Positions 1 to 11,290 are shown, counted from the whole stretch's first letter. The stretch: DNA of 62,951 bases, filler included, from Chiloscyllium plagiosum (GCF_004010195.1; 4 parts of one record of this genome joined end to end with filler, not necessarily neighbours in it), one strand, 5' to 3'. Notes: generated by a model from the letters alone, not told the origin. Numbers and translations are program-made.

Positions 1-350
1 TCAGGACGGGGAATGGATCAGGACTGGGAATGGATCTGGACGGGGAGTGGATCAGGACGTGGAGCAGATCAGGACGGGGAATGGATGAGGACGGGTGTGG
101 GTCAGGACGGGGAATTGGTCAGGACTGGGAATAGGTCAGGACGGGGAGTGGATCAGGACGGGGAATGAATCAGGACGGGGAATAGATCAGGACGGGGAGT
201 GGATCAGGACTGGGAATGGATCAGGACTGGGAATGGGTCAGGACGGGGAGTGGATCAGTTCTGGAAATTGGATCAGGCTTGGGAAAGTCATCAGGACTGG
301 GAAAGTCATCAGAATCAGAAAATGGATCAGGACCAGAAACAGGGTCAAGA
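1..350. repeat. 17-bp minisatellite (TCAGGACGGGGAATGGA), about 15 good copies then degenerate 18-bp copies
   Basis: TCAGGAC recurs every 17 nt from base 1 to about 254 and decays to about 350; it explains ORF 95..424. Confidence 0.93.
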
Positions 351-420
351 CTGAAGTTGGTGAATGGATGAGGAGCGAGACAGGGAGAGAGATCTGGAGT
401 GAGCCTGAAGCCTGCATCTG

Positions 421-1640
421 GTGATGTGTTGTGACTATTTGACGTGGGAAGACCTGAAAACCATTTTAATTCAGGGTAATCATTTCTGTAGTAAGTACTT
501 GTGTGATCAGGAGCCTCACTTCAGACTGATTGAGCTGGGGGTGAGAGTGGCAAGCTGCATAAACCAGTACACATCAGGGAGGGGTCTTTGGATTTCTTCA
601 GTGATTGGGAAAAAGAAAGGGTGTGACTGCTAATGAGCCAAATGTGGGGATTGAGTTGGTAGAAGCACAGAAGTCTCATTGAAATTATCCAGCGGGTCTG
701 AAGAAAATGGAGCCGACAGAGTGGATGAGCAAACTGACGATAGCACTGTGCTACTGGAAGCTGAGGGAGAGGACCAATGGTAGGAGATAATATGGTCAGG
801 AGGATAGAATTCTCTGCAGCCAAAAGGAAGATGCTGATGCCAAGGATTAGGACATTGGGTATTCAGGAACCTGCACTGGGAGAGGAAAGCTACCGAAGTG
901 GTCCACCTAGAATTCAACAAAATTGGTAAATCTCAGAAAAGGGTTATATTTGAGAAGGAGGAGCAGCTAAGTTAAAATTAAATGCAGAACCTGTAGGATG
1001 AAAATGTCTGGATGATTACCTCAGTCACAAGCAAATAGATTCCTTTGGCCCAGACTGTTCCATGCTGACCAAAATGTCCATCCACACTAACCCCATTTCC
1101 CTGCACTTGGCCCAAATCCGCTATCCCTTCAGCACATGTCTTCACCTGATAAAGGGACAACGCTCTGAAAGCTTGTGATTTCAAATAAACCTGGTGTCCT
1201 GTGACTTCTGACTTTGTCCAGTCTGGTCCAACACCAGCACCTCCATATTTTTGATAACATTAACTGAGATCGCCTTAGTGTGAAAGGATTAGAAGTTTTA
1301 AAGTGCATCCAGGAGAGCTTTCTGTGACAGAATAAGGCGATGCTAGACCCAGTCCCAGGGAATGAAACCAGTGGGTGAGTGATTGAAGTGTCAGTGGGTG
1401 AGCATTTTGGGGATAGTGACCATAACTCGTAGTTTCAAAGTCACTATGAGATAAGGATATTGCAGAAGTTAAGTGTCCAAATTGGGGGGAAGGTTGATTT
1501 TAATATCATTAGACAGGATTTGACAATGCAGTGGGAGCAGTTATTTGCAGGGAAGTGTCCATTTGGAAAGTGGGAGTCTTTTAAAATGGAATGTAGTGAG
1601 ACTTCAGGGCCAGTGAGTTTCTCTGAGAGTGATGGGAAAA
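421..1640 (+). mobile_element. Highly degenerate CR1 LINE 5' part (ORF1 Zn-finger remnant plus endonuclease remnant), interrupted
   Basis: ORF 421..633 (MCCDYLTWE...NHFCSK) resembles the CR1 ORF1 N-terminus at 19655..20278; about 1290-1430 encodes KCIQESFL...VGEHFGDSDHN (APE motif). Confidence 0.6.
1143..1177 (+). ncRNA. Degenerate minimal hammerhead-ribozyme-like motif of a PLE terminal repeat
   Basis: CAC-CTGATAA-AGGGACAACGCTCT-GAAA-GC-TT-GTG: stem I CAC/GTG, CUGANGA core with one substitution, GAAA, palindromic AAGCTT. Confidence 0.5.
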
Positions 1641-1661
1641 GAGCAGCAAATCCAGGAAAAC

Positions 1662-2232
1662 TAGGAGTGTAGGAGTTGAGAGGTCATGTTGTGGCTATAC
1701 AGACCACTGTTGGAATATTGCGTGCAATTCTGGTCTCCTTCCTATCAGAAGGATGTTGTAAAAACTTTACAAGGATGTTGCCAGGGTTGGAGGATTTGAG
1801 CTATAGGGAGAGATTGAATAGGCCAGGGCTGTATTCCCTGGAGACTGAGGGGTAGTGTTATAGAGGTTTATAAAATCATGAGGGGCATGGATAGGATAAA
1901 TAGACAAGGTCTTTTCTCTGGGGTGGGGAAGTCCAGAACTAGAGGGCATAGGTTTAGGGTGAGAGGGAAAAGATATAAAAAGGACCTAAGGGGCAACTTT
2001 TTCACACAGTTGGTGGTGTGTGTACGGAACGAGCTGCCAGAGGAAGTGGTGGAGGTTGGTACAATTACAACATTTAAAAGGCATCTGGGTGGAAATATGA
2101 ATAGGAAGGGTTTAGAGGAATATGGACCGGGTGTTGGCAAATGGGGCTAGATTAGGTTTAGGATATCTGGTCGGCATGGACGAGTTGGACTGAAGGATCT
2201 GTTTCCATGCTGTACATCTCTGTGACTCTATA
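1662..2232 (+). mobile_element. CR1 LINE 3' end (ORF2 C-terminus plus 3' UTR)
   Basis: ORF 1878..2150 RTRGHRFRVRG...NELPEEVV; ends in a CTCTGTGACTCTAT tail. Confidence 0.92.
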
Positions 2233-2284
2233 AGGATTATCGAGATTTTGATAACGAACAAGAAGAAAGTAAATGGAGTCATTA

Positions 2285-2657
2285 AGTCATATGGCATGGA
2301 ACAGACTATTCAGTCCGACCAGTCCATTCGGAACATAATGTCAAACTAATCCCATATTCCTTAAAATCTCTCCTCGTCAAATGTCTTTTAAATATACCCA
2401 CATCCACCACTCCTCTGGGAGTTCATTCTACACACAAATCTTTCTCCTCATATGCCCTTCATCTTGAAGTCCCTTTCCTTGAGAAAAAAGATCTGTCATT
2501 CACCTGATCCATGCCCCTCATGATCTTATAAACCTCTATAAGGTCACCCCTCAGCCTCTGATGCTCCAGGGAAAACAGCCCCAGCCTACCCAGCCTCTCC
2601 CTATGGCTCCAACCCTCCAGTCTTGGCAACATCCTGGTAAATCTTTTCTGAACCCTC
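2285..2657 (-). mobile_element. Degenerate CR1 LINE 3' end
   Basis: Reverse-complement match to other CR1 3' ends (ATAAACCTCTATAAGGTCACCCCTCAGCCTC). Confidence 0.8.
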
Positions 2658-3137
2658 TGTGTCTGCTGCCCTTGTCCTTCTATATTGAAGTGGTCGTGGG
2701 TTTGGAAGGTGCTGCCTGAGGATCTTTGGTGAGTTTCTGCAGTGCAAGTTGTAGACAGTACACATTGCTGCTACTGAGTGTCAGTGGTGGAGGGAGTGGA
2801 TGTTTGGGGACGTACTGCCAATTATTGGGCTGCTTTGTTCTTGAGTGTTGTTGGAGCTGCCCCCATCCAAGCAAGTGGGGATTATTCCATCACACTCCTG
2901 CATTGTGCCTGGTAGATGGTAGACAGGCTCTGGGGAGTCTACAAGTGAGTTACTCCCTGCAGGATTCCTAGCCTCTGATCTGCTACTGCAGTTAGTGTGT
3001 TAATAAGGTGAGTCCAGTTGAATTTCTGGTCAGTGGTAACCCCCAGGACGTTAATCGTTTGGGTTTCAGTGATATTAACTCCATGTCAAGGGTGGTAGTC
3101 AGATGATCTTGTATTAGTGATGGTCATTGGCTGGCAA
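2658..3137 (-). mobile_element. Second CR1-group LINE family, ORF2 C-terminal fragment
   Basis: Clearly similar to 35380-35740 plus 36511-36650. Confidence 0.75.
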
Positions 3138-3243
3138 CTATATAGAAAAAATTCTGAGTGAACAGAACCTCACGGGTTCCAAGGAGAGTTAGCCAACTGG
3201 AGGGTGGTGGTAGAGGTTTTTTCGATTAGAAGCCTGTGACCAG

Positions 3244-3811
3244 GGGAGGCTGGTACAAATATGCACTGTGCCATCTGAGAGGGTGGGGGAAGCAGGTACA
3301 AATGTGGACTGTGCCACCTGGCTGTACCAGCCTCCCCCAACACTCAGGTGGCACGGTCCACATTTATACCAGCCTCCCCCAACACTCTCAGGTGGCATGG
3401 TCCACATTTGTACCAGCCTCCCCACACCCTCTCAGGTGGCACGGTCCACATTTATACCAGCCTCCCCCAACACTCAGGTGGCACGGTCCATATTTATACC
3501 AGTCTCCCCCACTCTCTCAGGTGGCATGGTCCACATTTGTACCAGCCTCCCCACACCCTCTCAGGTGGCACGGTCCACATTTATACCAGCCTCCCCCAAC
3601 ACTCTCAGGTGGCATGATCCACATTTGTACCCCCACCCTCCCAGGCGGCACAGTCCATAGTTGTAACTGCCTCCCCCACCCTCTCAGGGTGCACGGTCAG
3701 TGTTTATATCTGCCTCCCCCCATCCTCTCAGGCAGCACACTTGAGAGGGTGGGGGGAGACAGTTACAAATGTGGACTGTGCCACCTGGGAGTGTTGGGGG
3801 AGGCTGGTACA
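3244..3811. repeat. 42-44-bp minisatellite with inverted terminal blocks
   Basis: Unit TGTACCAGCCTCCCCACACCCTCTCAGGTGGCACGGTCCACATT is direct at about 3323-3735 and reverse-complemented at 3244-3320 and 3741-3811; further copies at about 4117-4190. Confidence 0.9.
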
Positions 3812-4900
3812 TCCTGCCTGAGATATGGAGCCCAAAGCTGCTCACAATTCTCCAAATATGGTCTGACCAGAGCCTTGTAGAGCCTCAGACATACATCCCT
3901 GCTTTTATATTTAAGTCCTCTCATAATAAATGCCATCATTGCATTTGCCATCCAAACTACTGACTCAACCTGCAAGTTTACCTTGAGAGAATCCTCGACT
4001 AGATTTCCCAAGTCTCTTTACACTTCAGAGTTCTGAATTTTTACCCCATTTAGAAAATAGTCCTTGCCTCTATTCTTCCTACCACTTTCCCACATTATAC
4101 TCCATCTGACAAACATATTTGTACGAGCCTCCCCCCACTCTCTCAGGCAGCACCACTGTCCACATTTGTACCTGCCTCCCCACACCCTCTATGCTTCTAA
4201 GAATAGTCTATGCCTCTATTCTTCCTACCAAAATGCATGACCTCACACTTTCTCACATTATACTCCATCTGACACCATCGGCCCTTATCTTCCTCAGTAA
4301 CCTCCTGTGCTGAACTTCTTGATGACATCCCGGTAGCTGACATCCATTGGCTCTCCTTGATCTAACCTGCTTGTTACTTCCTCAAAGATCTGTCAGGCAT
4401 GACCTCCCCTTGATAAACCATGCTGACTCTGCCCTATTTTACAAATACTAAGGTTAGCCTAACTCCAACTATGGTTCTCATACCTTTGCAGCATAAAAAC
4501 CCACCCAGATTCTACACCATCTGACCCTACTTCGTTCCTTACTATTGATTTAATTTCATTTCTTACGAATAAAGCAACCCCACCGCTCCGCCCACCTGCC
4601 TATCTGTTCATTCGGATGTATGTCCTTGAATATTCAGCCGTCAAAACAAGGCTTATTTCCCTTATTCCTTATACTGTGTGCATTTGGATATAACACCTTC
4701 AGTCCTGTATTAACCGTCCCTCTTCTCATTGTCATTCATTTGTCCAGTGTGTTTGAAGTTTGATTGCTAACCCTTTCCATACACTCTGTCTATTTGTCTA
4801 TGTGCTGGAGATTTTAATAACCTCTCCTGAGTTCCTTTAATTCGGGTTTTATATTTTCCCATGTAACTACAGCCCCCTGTCCCCATTTAGTTTAAAGCCC
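3812..4900 (-). mobile_element. Degenerate, internally deleted CR1 LINE fragments
   Basis: ORF 3763..4011 LYKALVRPYLENCEQLWAPY; QHGL-type RT and endonuclease remnants further right. Confidence 0.7.
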
Positions 4901-4925
4901 TGCCTACAGCCCTAGTTATGTGATT

Positions 4926-5942
4926 CATAGAACATAGAACAGTACAATGCAGTACCGGCCCTTCGGCCCTCGATGTTGTGCCAACCTTTTATCCCACTCT
5001 AAGATCAGACTAACCTCCATACCCTACATTGTACTATCATCCATGTGCCTATCCAAGAGTCGCTTAAATGTCCCTAATGTCCCTGACTCTACTCCCATCA
5101 CTGGCAGTACATTCCACACACCCATCAATCTCAGTGTAGAGAACCAACCTCTGCCATCTCCCCTAATCCTTCCTCCAATAACCTTAAAATTACGCCCCCC
5201 CATGATAGACATTTCTGTCCTGGGAAAAAGTCTCTGGCGATCCGCTCTGTTTATGCCTGTCATCATTGTGTACACCCTGTATCAAGTCACCTCTCATCTT
5301 TTTTCGCTCCAATAAGAAAAGCCCTAGCTTCCTCAACCTTTCTTCATAAGACATGCCCTCCGATCCAGGCAGCATCCTGGGAAATCTCCAAAGCTTCCAC
5401 ATCCTTCCTATAATGAGGCGACCAGAACTGAACACAATATTCCATGTGTGGTCTAACCAGGGCTCTATAGAGCTGCAGCATAACCTCGCGGCTCTTAAAC
5501 TCAATCCTCCTACTAATGAAAGCCAACACACCATATGCCTTCTCAACAACCCTATCAACTTGGGTGGCAACTTTGAGGGATCTATGGACGTGGACCCCAA
5601 GATCCTTCAGTTCCTCCATAGTGCCAAGAATCCTGCCTTTAACCCTATAATCTGCATTCAAAGTCAACTTTCCAAAGTGAATCACTTTACACTTTTCCAG
5701 GTTGAACTCCATCTACCACTTCTCAGCTCAGCTCTGCATCCTGTCAATGTCCTGTTGCAACCAACAACAGCCCTCCACACTTCCACAACTCCACCAATCT
5801 TCGTGTTATCAACAAACTTACTAACCCACTCTTCCACTTCCTCATCCACATCGTTTATAAAAATCAAAAAGAGCAGAGGTCCCAGAACAGATCCTTGTGG
5901 AGCACAACTGGTCACCAAGCTCCAGACTGAATACTTTCCATC
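4926..5942 (-). mobile_element. CR1 LINE 3' kilobase, (TTCTATG)n-tailed family
   Basis: ORFs 5682..6056, 5344..5712, 5024..5275: [45 protein letters not shown] tail. Confidence 0.93.
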
Positions 5943-6300
5943 GAGGTAAAAACAATGACTGCAGATGCTGGAAACCGGATTCTGGATTAGTGGGGCTGGA
6001 AGAGCACAGCAGTTCAGGCAGCATCCAAGGAGCTTCGAAATCGACGTTTCGGGCAAAAGCTCTTCATCAGGAATAAAGGCAGTGAGCCTGAAGCGTGGAG
6101 AGATAAGCTAGAGGAGGGTGGGGGTGGGGAGAAAGTAGCATAGAGTACAATGGGTGAGTGGGGGAGGGGATGAAGGTGATAGGTCAGGGAGGAGAGGGTG
6201 GAGTGGATAGGTGGAAAAGGAGATAGGCAGGTAGGACAAGTCCGGACAAGTCATGGGGACAGTGCTGAGCTGGAAGTTTAGAACTAGGGTGAGGTGGGGG
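5943..6300 (-). mobile_element. Penelope-like element 3' terminal region with hammerhead motif
   Basis: Near-identical to 40661-40807 and related to 23567-23688; contains CTGATGA...GAAACGTC on the minus strand. Confidence 0.75.
6039..6072 (-). ncRNA. Minimal type I hammerhead ribozyme motif
   Basis: Minus strand TC-CTGATGA-A-GAGC-TTTT-GCCC-GAAA-CG-TC-GATT. Confidence 0.7.
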
Positions 6301-6435
6301 AACTCAGCTATTCTGGTTTTCTTACTGAATTACCTTTCAATTATTCATATACTCTACCATGTATTTGTCCACTCACCCAACTTGTCTCAATCACCTTGAA
6401 GGCTCTTCACCATTTACAATCCCATCTTTCTTTGT

Positions 6436-6700
6436 GTCATGGAGTTATAGAGGTGTAACACTTAGAAACTGACCCTTTGGTTCAACTCATCCATGATGAC
6501 CACATATCCTGAATTAATCTAGTCCCATTTGCCAGTATCTGGCCCATATCCCTCTAAACTCTTCCAATTAATGCACCTAATCAAATGCCTTTGAAATGTT
6601 GTAATTGTACCAGCCTCTGGCAGTTCATTTCATTCACGCACTAGCCTCTGAGTGAAAAACTGCCCCTTAAATCCTTAAACCTATGCCCTCTAGCTTTGGA
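6436..6700 (-). mobile_element. CR1 LINE 3' end abutting the truncated 5' LTR of the Gypsy element
   Basis: Reverse complement of the CR1 3' UTR/ORF2 end (AATTGTACCAGCCTC). Confidence 0.8.
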
Positions 6701-6702
6701 TC

Positions 6703-6924
6703 GGATCAGTATTGTAGAGGGGGAGGTAAAAGATAGGTTAGAGAAAGGAGTTGTAAATAATTGTTAGTTCATTATTCTCTGTTAGACTTTAAAAAAAAAG
6801 TTGTTAGTTTTTACTTCAGTGACTTTTCAGATAGTTCTTTGCCTCTCGATTTTTAACAGATTACCAAATCATTTCTGTGTTGCTAGTTTAAAGTATCAGG
6901 AGGGGTTTACCCTGTCTTGTAACA
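6703..6924 (+). repeat. 5' LTR remnant (3' portion)
   Basis: Matches 10788-11034; ends in TAACA. Confidence 0.88.
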
Positions 6925-6926
6925 GA

Positions 6927-6969
6927 TGGGGGAGGGGGAAGGGGGGGGGCTCGGGTATGGGATTTGAAC
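6927..6969 (+). promoter_or_regulatory. Degenerate tRNA-Pro primer-binding site with G-run expansion
   Basis: TGGGGG...GGGGGCTCG-ggtat-GGGATTTGAAC versus the tRNA-Pro 3' complement TGGGGGCTCGTCCGGGATTTGAAC, 2 nt after the LTR end. Confidence 0.7.
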
Positions 6970-7122
6970 TGATTTACACAGATTTGAATAGAGTTGGGAG
7001 TACAAAAAATCCCAGCAGATTAAATACTTGCAGGTTAGTGTCCTAGATCTTCAAATAAAACGTGGTGAGACAATTTGTTTAATTTCGGTGACTTATGGTT
7101 GATTAACTTAGAAGTAAGAGAA

Positions 7123-7524
7123 ATGGCTCTGAAAATTGCTAAATAGGTTCTGGGATTTGAAGATAATTCTCAAATTTGCTCAGAAAATTTAGAAGGAAAG
7201 AAAAAGGCCATACGTTTAGAATGAGCAAAGAAGTTGGATTTGGGATTAACCAAGGACAAAAGTAAAACTGAAATTGTAAGGGAGTTATTCAAACACTTAG
7301 GTGTATCCGAGAAACAGACAAGTGCAGTAGAGGTAGAAAAACTTAAATTACAATTAAGGAAAATGGAGTGAGAAGATAAACAAAGGTAGAGAGAGGAAAG
7401 AAAGGGAGAGAGAAAAAGAAAGAGAGACAGAGGGAAAAGAGGGAGAGAGAAAAAGAGAGAGGGGAGAGTGAGAGAGAGAAGGTTCTTAGCTGAGCAAAAA
7501 GAGAGAGAGAGAGAAAGAAGGAAG
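7123..7524 (+). pseudogene. gag: Gypsy gag N-terminal remnant with E/K/R-rich coiled coil
   Basis: MALKIAK*VLGFED...EVEKLKLQLRKME then GA-rich coding; in-frame stops; lies just after the PBS. Confidence 0.6.
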
Positions 7525-8498
7525 GGCTGAGATTAGAAATAGGAAAGGAGAGGTTAACCTGTTGGGAATTTTCTATCGGCGTCCAAATTGTTCCAGAGAT
7601 GTAGGGGAAAGGATAGCAAAGCTGATTCTGGATAGGAGCAAAAGTGACAGGGTACTTTTTCTGGGGATCTTTAACTTTCCAAATATTGACTGGGAATACT
7701 GTAGTTTGAGTACTTTAGATGGGTCAGTTTTTGTCCAGTGTGTGCAGGAGGGTTTCCTGACACAGTATGTAGACAGGCCAACAAGGTGCGAGACCACTTT
7801 GGATTTGGTACTGGGTAATGAACCCAGCCAGGTGTTAGATTTGGAGGTAGGTGAGAACTTTAGTAATAGTGACCACATTTTGGTTATGTTTACTTTAATG
7901 TTAGAAAAGGATAGGTATATACTTCAGGCAAAGGTTATAGCTGGGGGAAAGGCAATTACAATGCGATTAGGCAAGATTTAGGATGCATAGGATGAGGAAG
8001 GAAACTGCAGGGAATGAGCACAGTTGAAATGTAGAGCTTATTCAGGACCAGTTAAGGTGGGACCTTGATACGTATGTACCTGTCAGGCAGGGAGGAAATT
8101 GTCAAGGGAGGGAACCATGGTTAGAGCACTTGAGAGTTACAAGGTAGCCAGGAAAGAGCTAAAAAGAGAGCTAAGAAGAGCCAGGAGGGGACATGCGTTG
8201 GCAGATAGGATCAGGGAAAACCATAAAGATTTTTATAGCTATATCAGGAATAAAAGAATGACTAGAGTAAGATTAGGGCCAGTCGGGCATAGTAGTGGGA
8301 AGTTGTGCATGGAGTCAGAGGAGATGGGGAGGTGCTAACTGAATATTTTTCATCAGTGTTCGCACTCGAAAAAGACAACGTTGTCGAGGAGAATACTGGG
8401 ATTCAGGCTACAATATTAGATGGGATTGAGGTGCATAAAGAGGATGTGTTAGGGCCGAAGGGCATGTACTGCGCTATAATGTTCTATGTTCTATGTTC
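7525..8498 (+). mobile_element. Internally deleted CR1 (endonuclease plus tether joined directly to the 3' tail)
   Basis: ORF 7562..7981 FNFPNIDW...LDLVL...SDH; jumps at about 8452 to GGCCGAAGGGC...(TTCTATG)n. Confidence 0.88.
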
Positions 8499-10128
8499 GA
8501 GGTGACAGATAAAAGCTCTGAAACCTGGGCGTTTTCCCAAGGGGATAATGTGTTTGTACTGCATCAGTGGGAGGAGATCCCTTCAAAGCCAGGTTTAGTC
8601 GTCCCTATCAAATTGTGAAAAGGTTGAGTCAGGTGAACTATCTTGTAAAAATGGTTTTGGGGATGTCATGTGAACATGCTGAAATTGTATTTTACTGGAG
8701 AAACAGGTGTTAGCAGAGTGAGGGATCAAATCCAGATGCCTCAAAATAGATTAAAAAATGAAAGATTCCTTGAGCAGTGGTATAGGTTAGTAAACTATCT
8801 GTCTCAGGAGCATACAACACAATTGGAAGTTTTCTACTGCAGTATAAGGACATATGACAGAATCAGATGGTGAGGAGCAATGCTATTGCACATGAAGTAG
8901 ACGTAGGGAATACTGCACTGATAAAACAACACCCCTATCAGCTTAATCCTTTCAAAGCCAGACAGGTCCAGATGGAGGTGGAGGCCATGCTCAATGCGGA
9001 CATCGTCAAACCCAGCCAGAGCAAGTGGAGTTCACCGATTGTCTTAGTTCCCAAAGTGGACAGGACTCAACGATTGTGCGTAGATTATTGGAAAGTCAAT
9101 GCCGTTACAAAATCAGATTCATATCCAATTCCTAGATCGGAGGACTGTCTCAAGAAATTTGGATAAACCAGTGATATCACCAAGTTGGACTTAATGCGTG
9201 GTTACTGGCAGGTACCTTTATCAGAGACGGTGAAAGAAATTTCTGCGTTTGCTACCTCAAATGGGCTATATCAGTTTAAAGTGATGCCCTTTGGAATGAA
9301 GAATGTGCCTGCCACATTTCAAAGACTCATGAACACAGTTGTGGCTGGCTTAACAAACTGTGCAGTCTATTTGGACGATGTAGTGATCTTTAGTAAGTCC
9401 TGGAAAGATCACATGGTACAGTTGGCAGGGCTCTTTGAACGACTACAAGAAGCAAAACTGGTAATAAACTTAAACAAAACTGAATTCGTGAAAACAAAGG
9501 TGACATTCTCGGACCATGAAAGGGTGACCCCATGGAAGGCCATCGAGGAATTTCCACAACCAACCTTGAAGAAAGACATGCTTCGATTCAGAGGACTCAG
9601 CGGACTCTATCAGAAGTTTGTTCCAAACTTCAGCAGTGTAGTGGGACTGTTAATTGATTTGCTGAAGAAGAATACCAAGTTTCGATGGACAGAACCATGC
9701 CAGGAGGCATTCGACCATTTGAAAGCAAAATTAACCATCAAACCAGTTTCAGCTACACCAAACTTTTCAAAACCTAATAAAGTTGCCTTTGATGCTCGTG
9801 ACATTGGAGTTGGAGCTGTACTCCTACAGGAAGATGAGAATGGGATTAAACTGCCAGTTTCTTTTCAAAGAAACTCAACATCCACCAGATCAAAAAAGAA
9901 CTATTGAGTTTGGTACTGGCTTTACAACATTTTAATGTGTATGTGATGAACAATGTGGCGGAGATGGTTGTGTACACAGATCACAATCCTCTTACATTCT
10001 TAGAACACTTTAAAGACAAGAATATGAGACTATTTCATCGCAGTCTTATGTCACAGACTTTTAATTTAGAAATCATACATGTACCGAGTCGTAAAACTAT
10101 AATCGCAGATGCATTGTTGCGGATTTAA
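8499..10128 (+). pseudogene. pol: Gypsy pol remnant: integrase C-terminus, RT, RNase H
   Basis: KARFSRPYQIVKRLSQVNYLV...HVNMLK; RLCVDYWKVN; MPFGMKNVPATFQ; YLDD; DARDIGVGAVLLQ; YTDHNPL; ADALLR. Confidence 0.9.
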
Positions 10129-10295
10129 CTGATAGAGTTTAGATGAGATTTGTATTTATTTAATATTTTATGCATATATATGTACGGGAAGAAGTTAAGG
10201 TGAACTTAGCTTAAAGTTATCTGAATGTTAGGGTAATGTGTTTAAAGAATAGAAAAAAAAGCCATCTTTTCATTATGATGGTTCATTTTTTTCTT

Positions 10296-10306
10296 AAGGG
10301 GGGAGG
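10296..10306 (+). promoter_or_regulatory. Polypurine tract
   Basis: AAGGGGGGAGG immediately before the TG that starts the 3' LTR. Confidence 0.85.
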
Positions 10307-11034
10307 TGTTATGAAGGTGTAGAAGTGTAATGAACCTTTAACAGAGTGAAGGACTTAGCAAGCAGACAGAGTGCTGGAGAATTTACAATGGAACATTTAG
10401 TCAAGCAGCTCGTACTGACTGAGTTGCTATGAGACAAAAATAAGTTCAAATTTGGCTAATCACCTTAAATTATACCCCAAAATACCAACCTTCAATCAAG
10501 TATGAATTTAATATTTTGACAATATTAAAAACCAATAAAACAATCTGATGCTTTGGGGTATTAGACCAGGAAAAATTGAACAGTTGGGAGGAGAACTGCC
10601 AAGCCACCGACATCTGCAGACTGCCTGCAGAATAGCTCTCTTAAAGGTACCTTTATCGATCAGTGATCTGTGAAACAGGAATCCCTAAGAAGAAGAAAAG
10701 AAGACAGAGGAAGATACAAAGAGAAATTTGACAGCTGGCTGGTTTTGAAATTTGAATTTTTGGTAAATCTTAATCAGAAGTTTTATTGGATCAGTATTGT
10801 AGAGGGGGAGGTAAAAGATAGACTGGAGAAAGGAGTTGTAAATAATTGTTAGTTAATTATTATCTGTTAGACTTTAAAAAATAAAGCTGTTAGTTTTTAT
10901 TTTAGTGACTTTTGGGATAGCTCTTTGCCTCTCAATTTTTCACAGATTACTGCACGGGTTAAATCGTTTCTAAGCTCCTGGTTTAAATTAGCGGGGGAGG
11001 GTGGTGGGAAGGGGATTTTCCCTGTGTCCTAACA
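10307..11034 (+). repeat. 3' LTR (728 bp)
   Basis: TGTTA...TAACA termini, follows the PPT, AATAAA near 10880, matches the 5' LTR remnant. Confidence 0.88.
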
Positions 11035-11290
11035 CCACACTGAATAAATGATGACCTGACACACAGGAGTTAAAAGTGAAAATGTTGAGCTGGGAGAGTG
11101 ATTTCCATTGACAGTTGTGATGTACAGCGTTATAACTGCCCTCGCTGGTCATCTCAGTAACACAGAGTTTCTGGGTGCCTTCTCCCTGGAAGTTATGACA
11201 GAGGCATCGCTGCAAGATTGTAAACACTGAAGCCTGAATACTCAAGCACTCAGAAAGGACTGGAAATTAGGAAAAGATTAAGAATACCGG

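Larger units (their letters stand above)
6703..11034 (+). mobile_element. Gmr1-type Gypsy LTR retrotransposon (decayed, interrupted by CR1)
   Basis: 5' LTR remnant, tRNA-Pro-like PBS, gag remnant, integrase GPY/F tail, RT (YLDD), RNase H, PPT, complete 3' LTR. Confidence 0.9.

Noticed and set aside
3236..3880. 214-aa repetitive ORF
   Set aside because: A by-product of the 42-44-bp minisatellite
11040..11290. Possible exon after TTTCCATTGACAG
   Set aside because: Short frames with no recognisable protein similarity and no convincing donor
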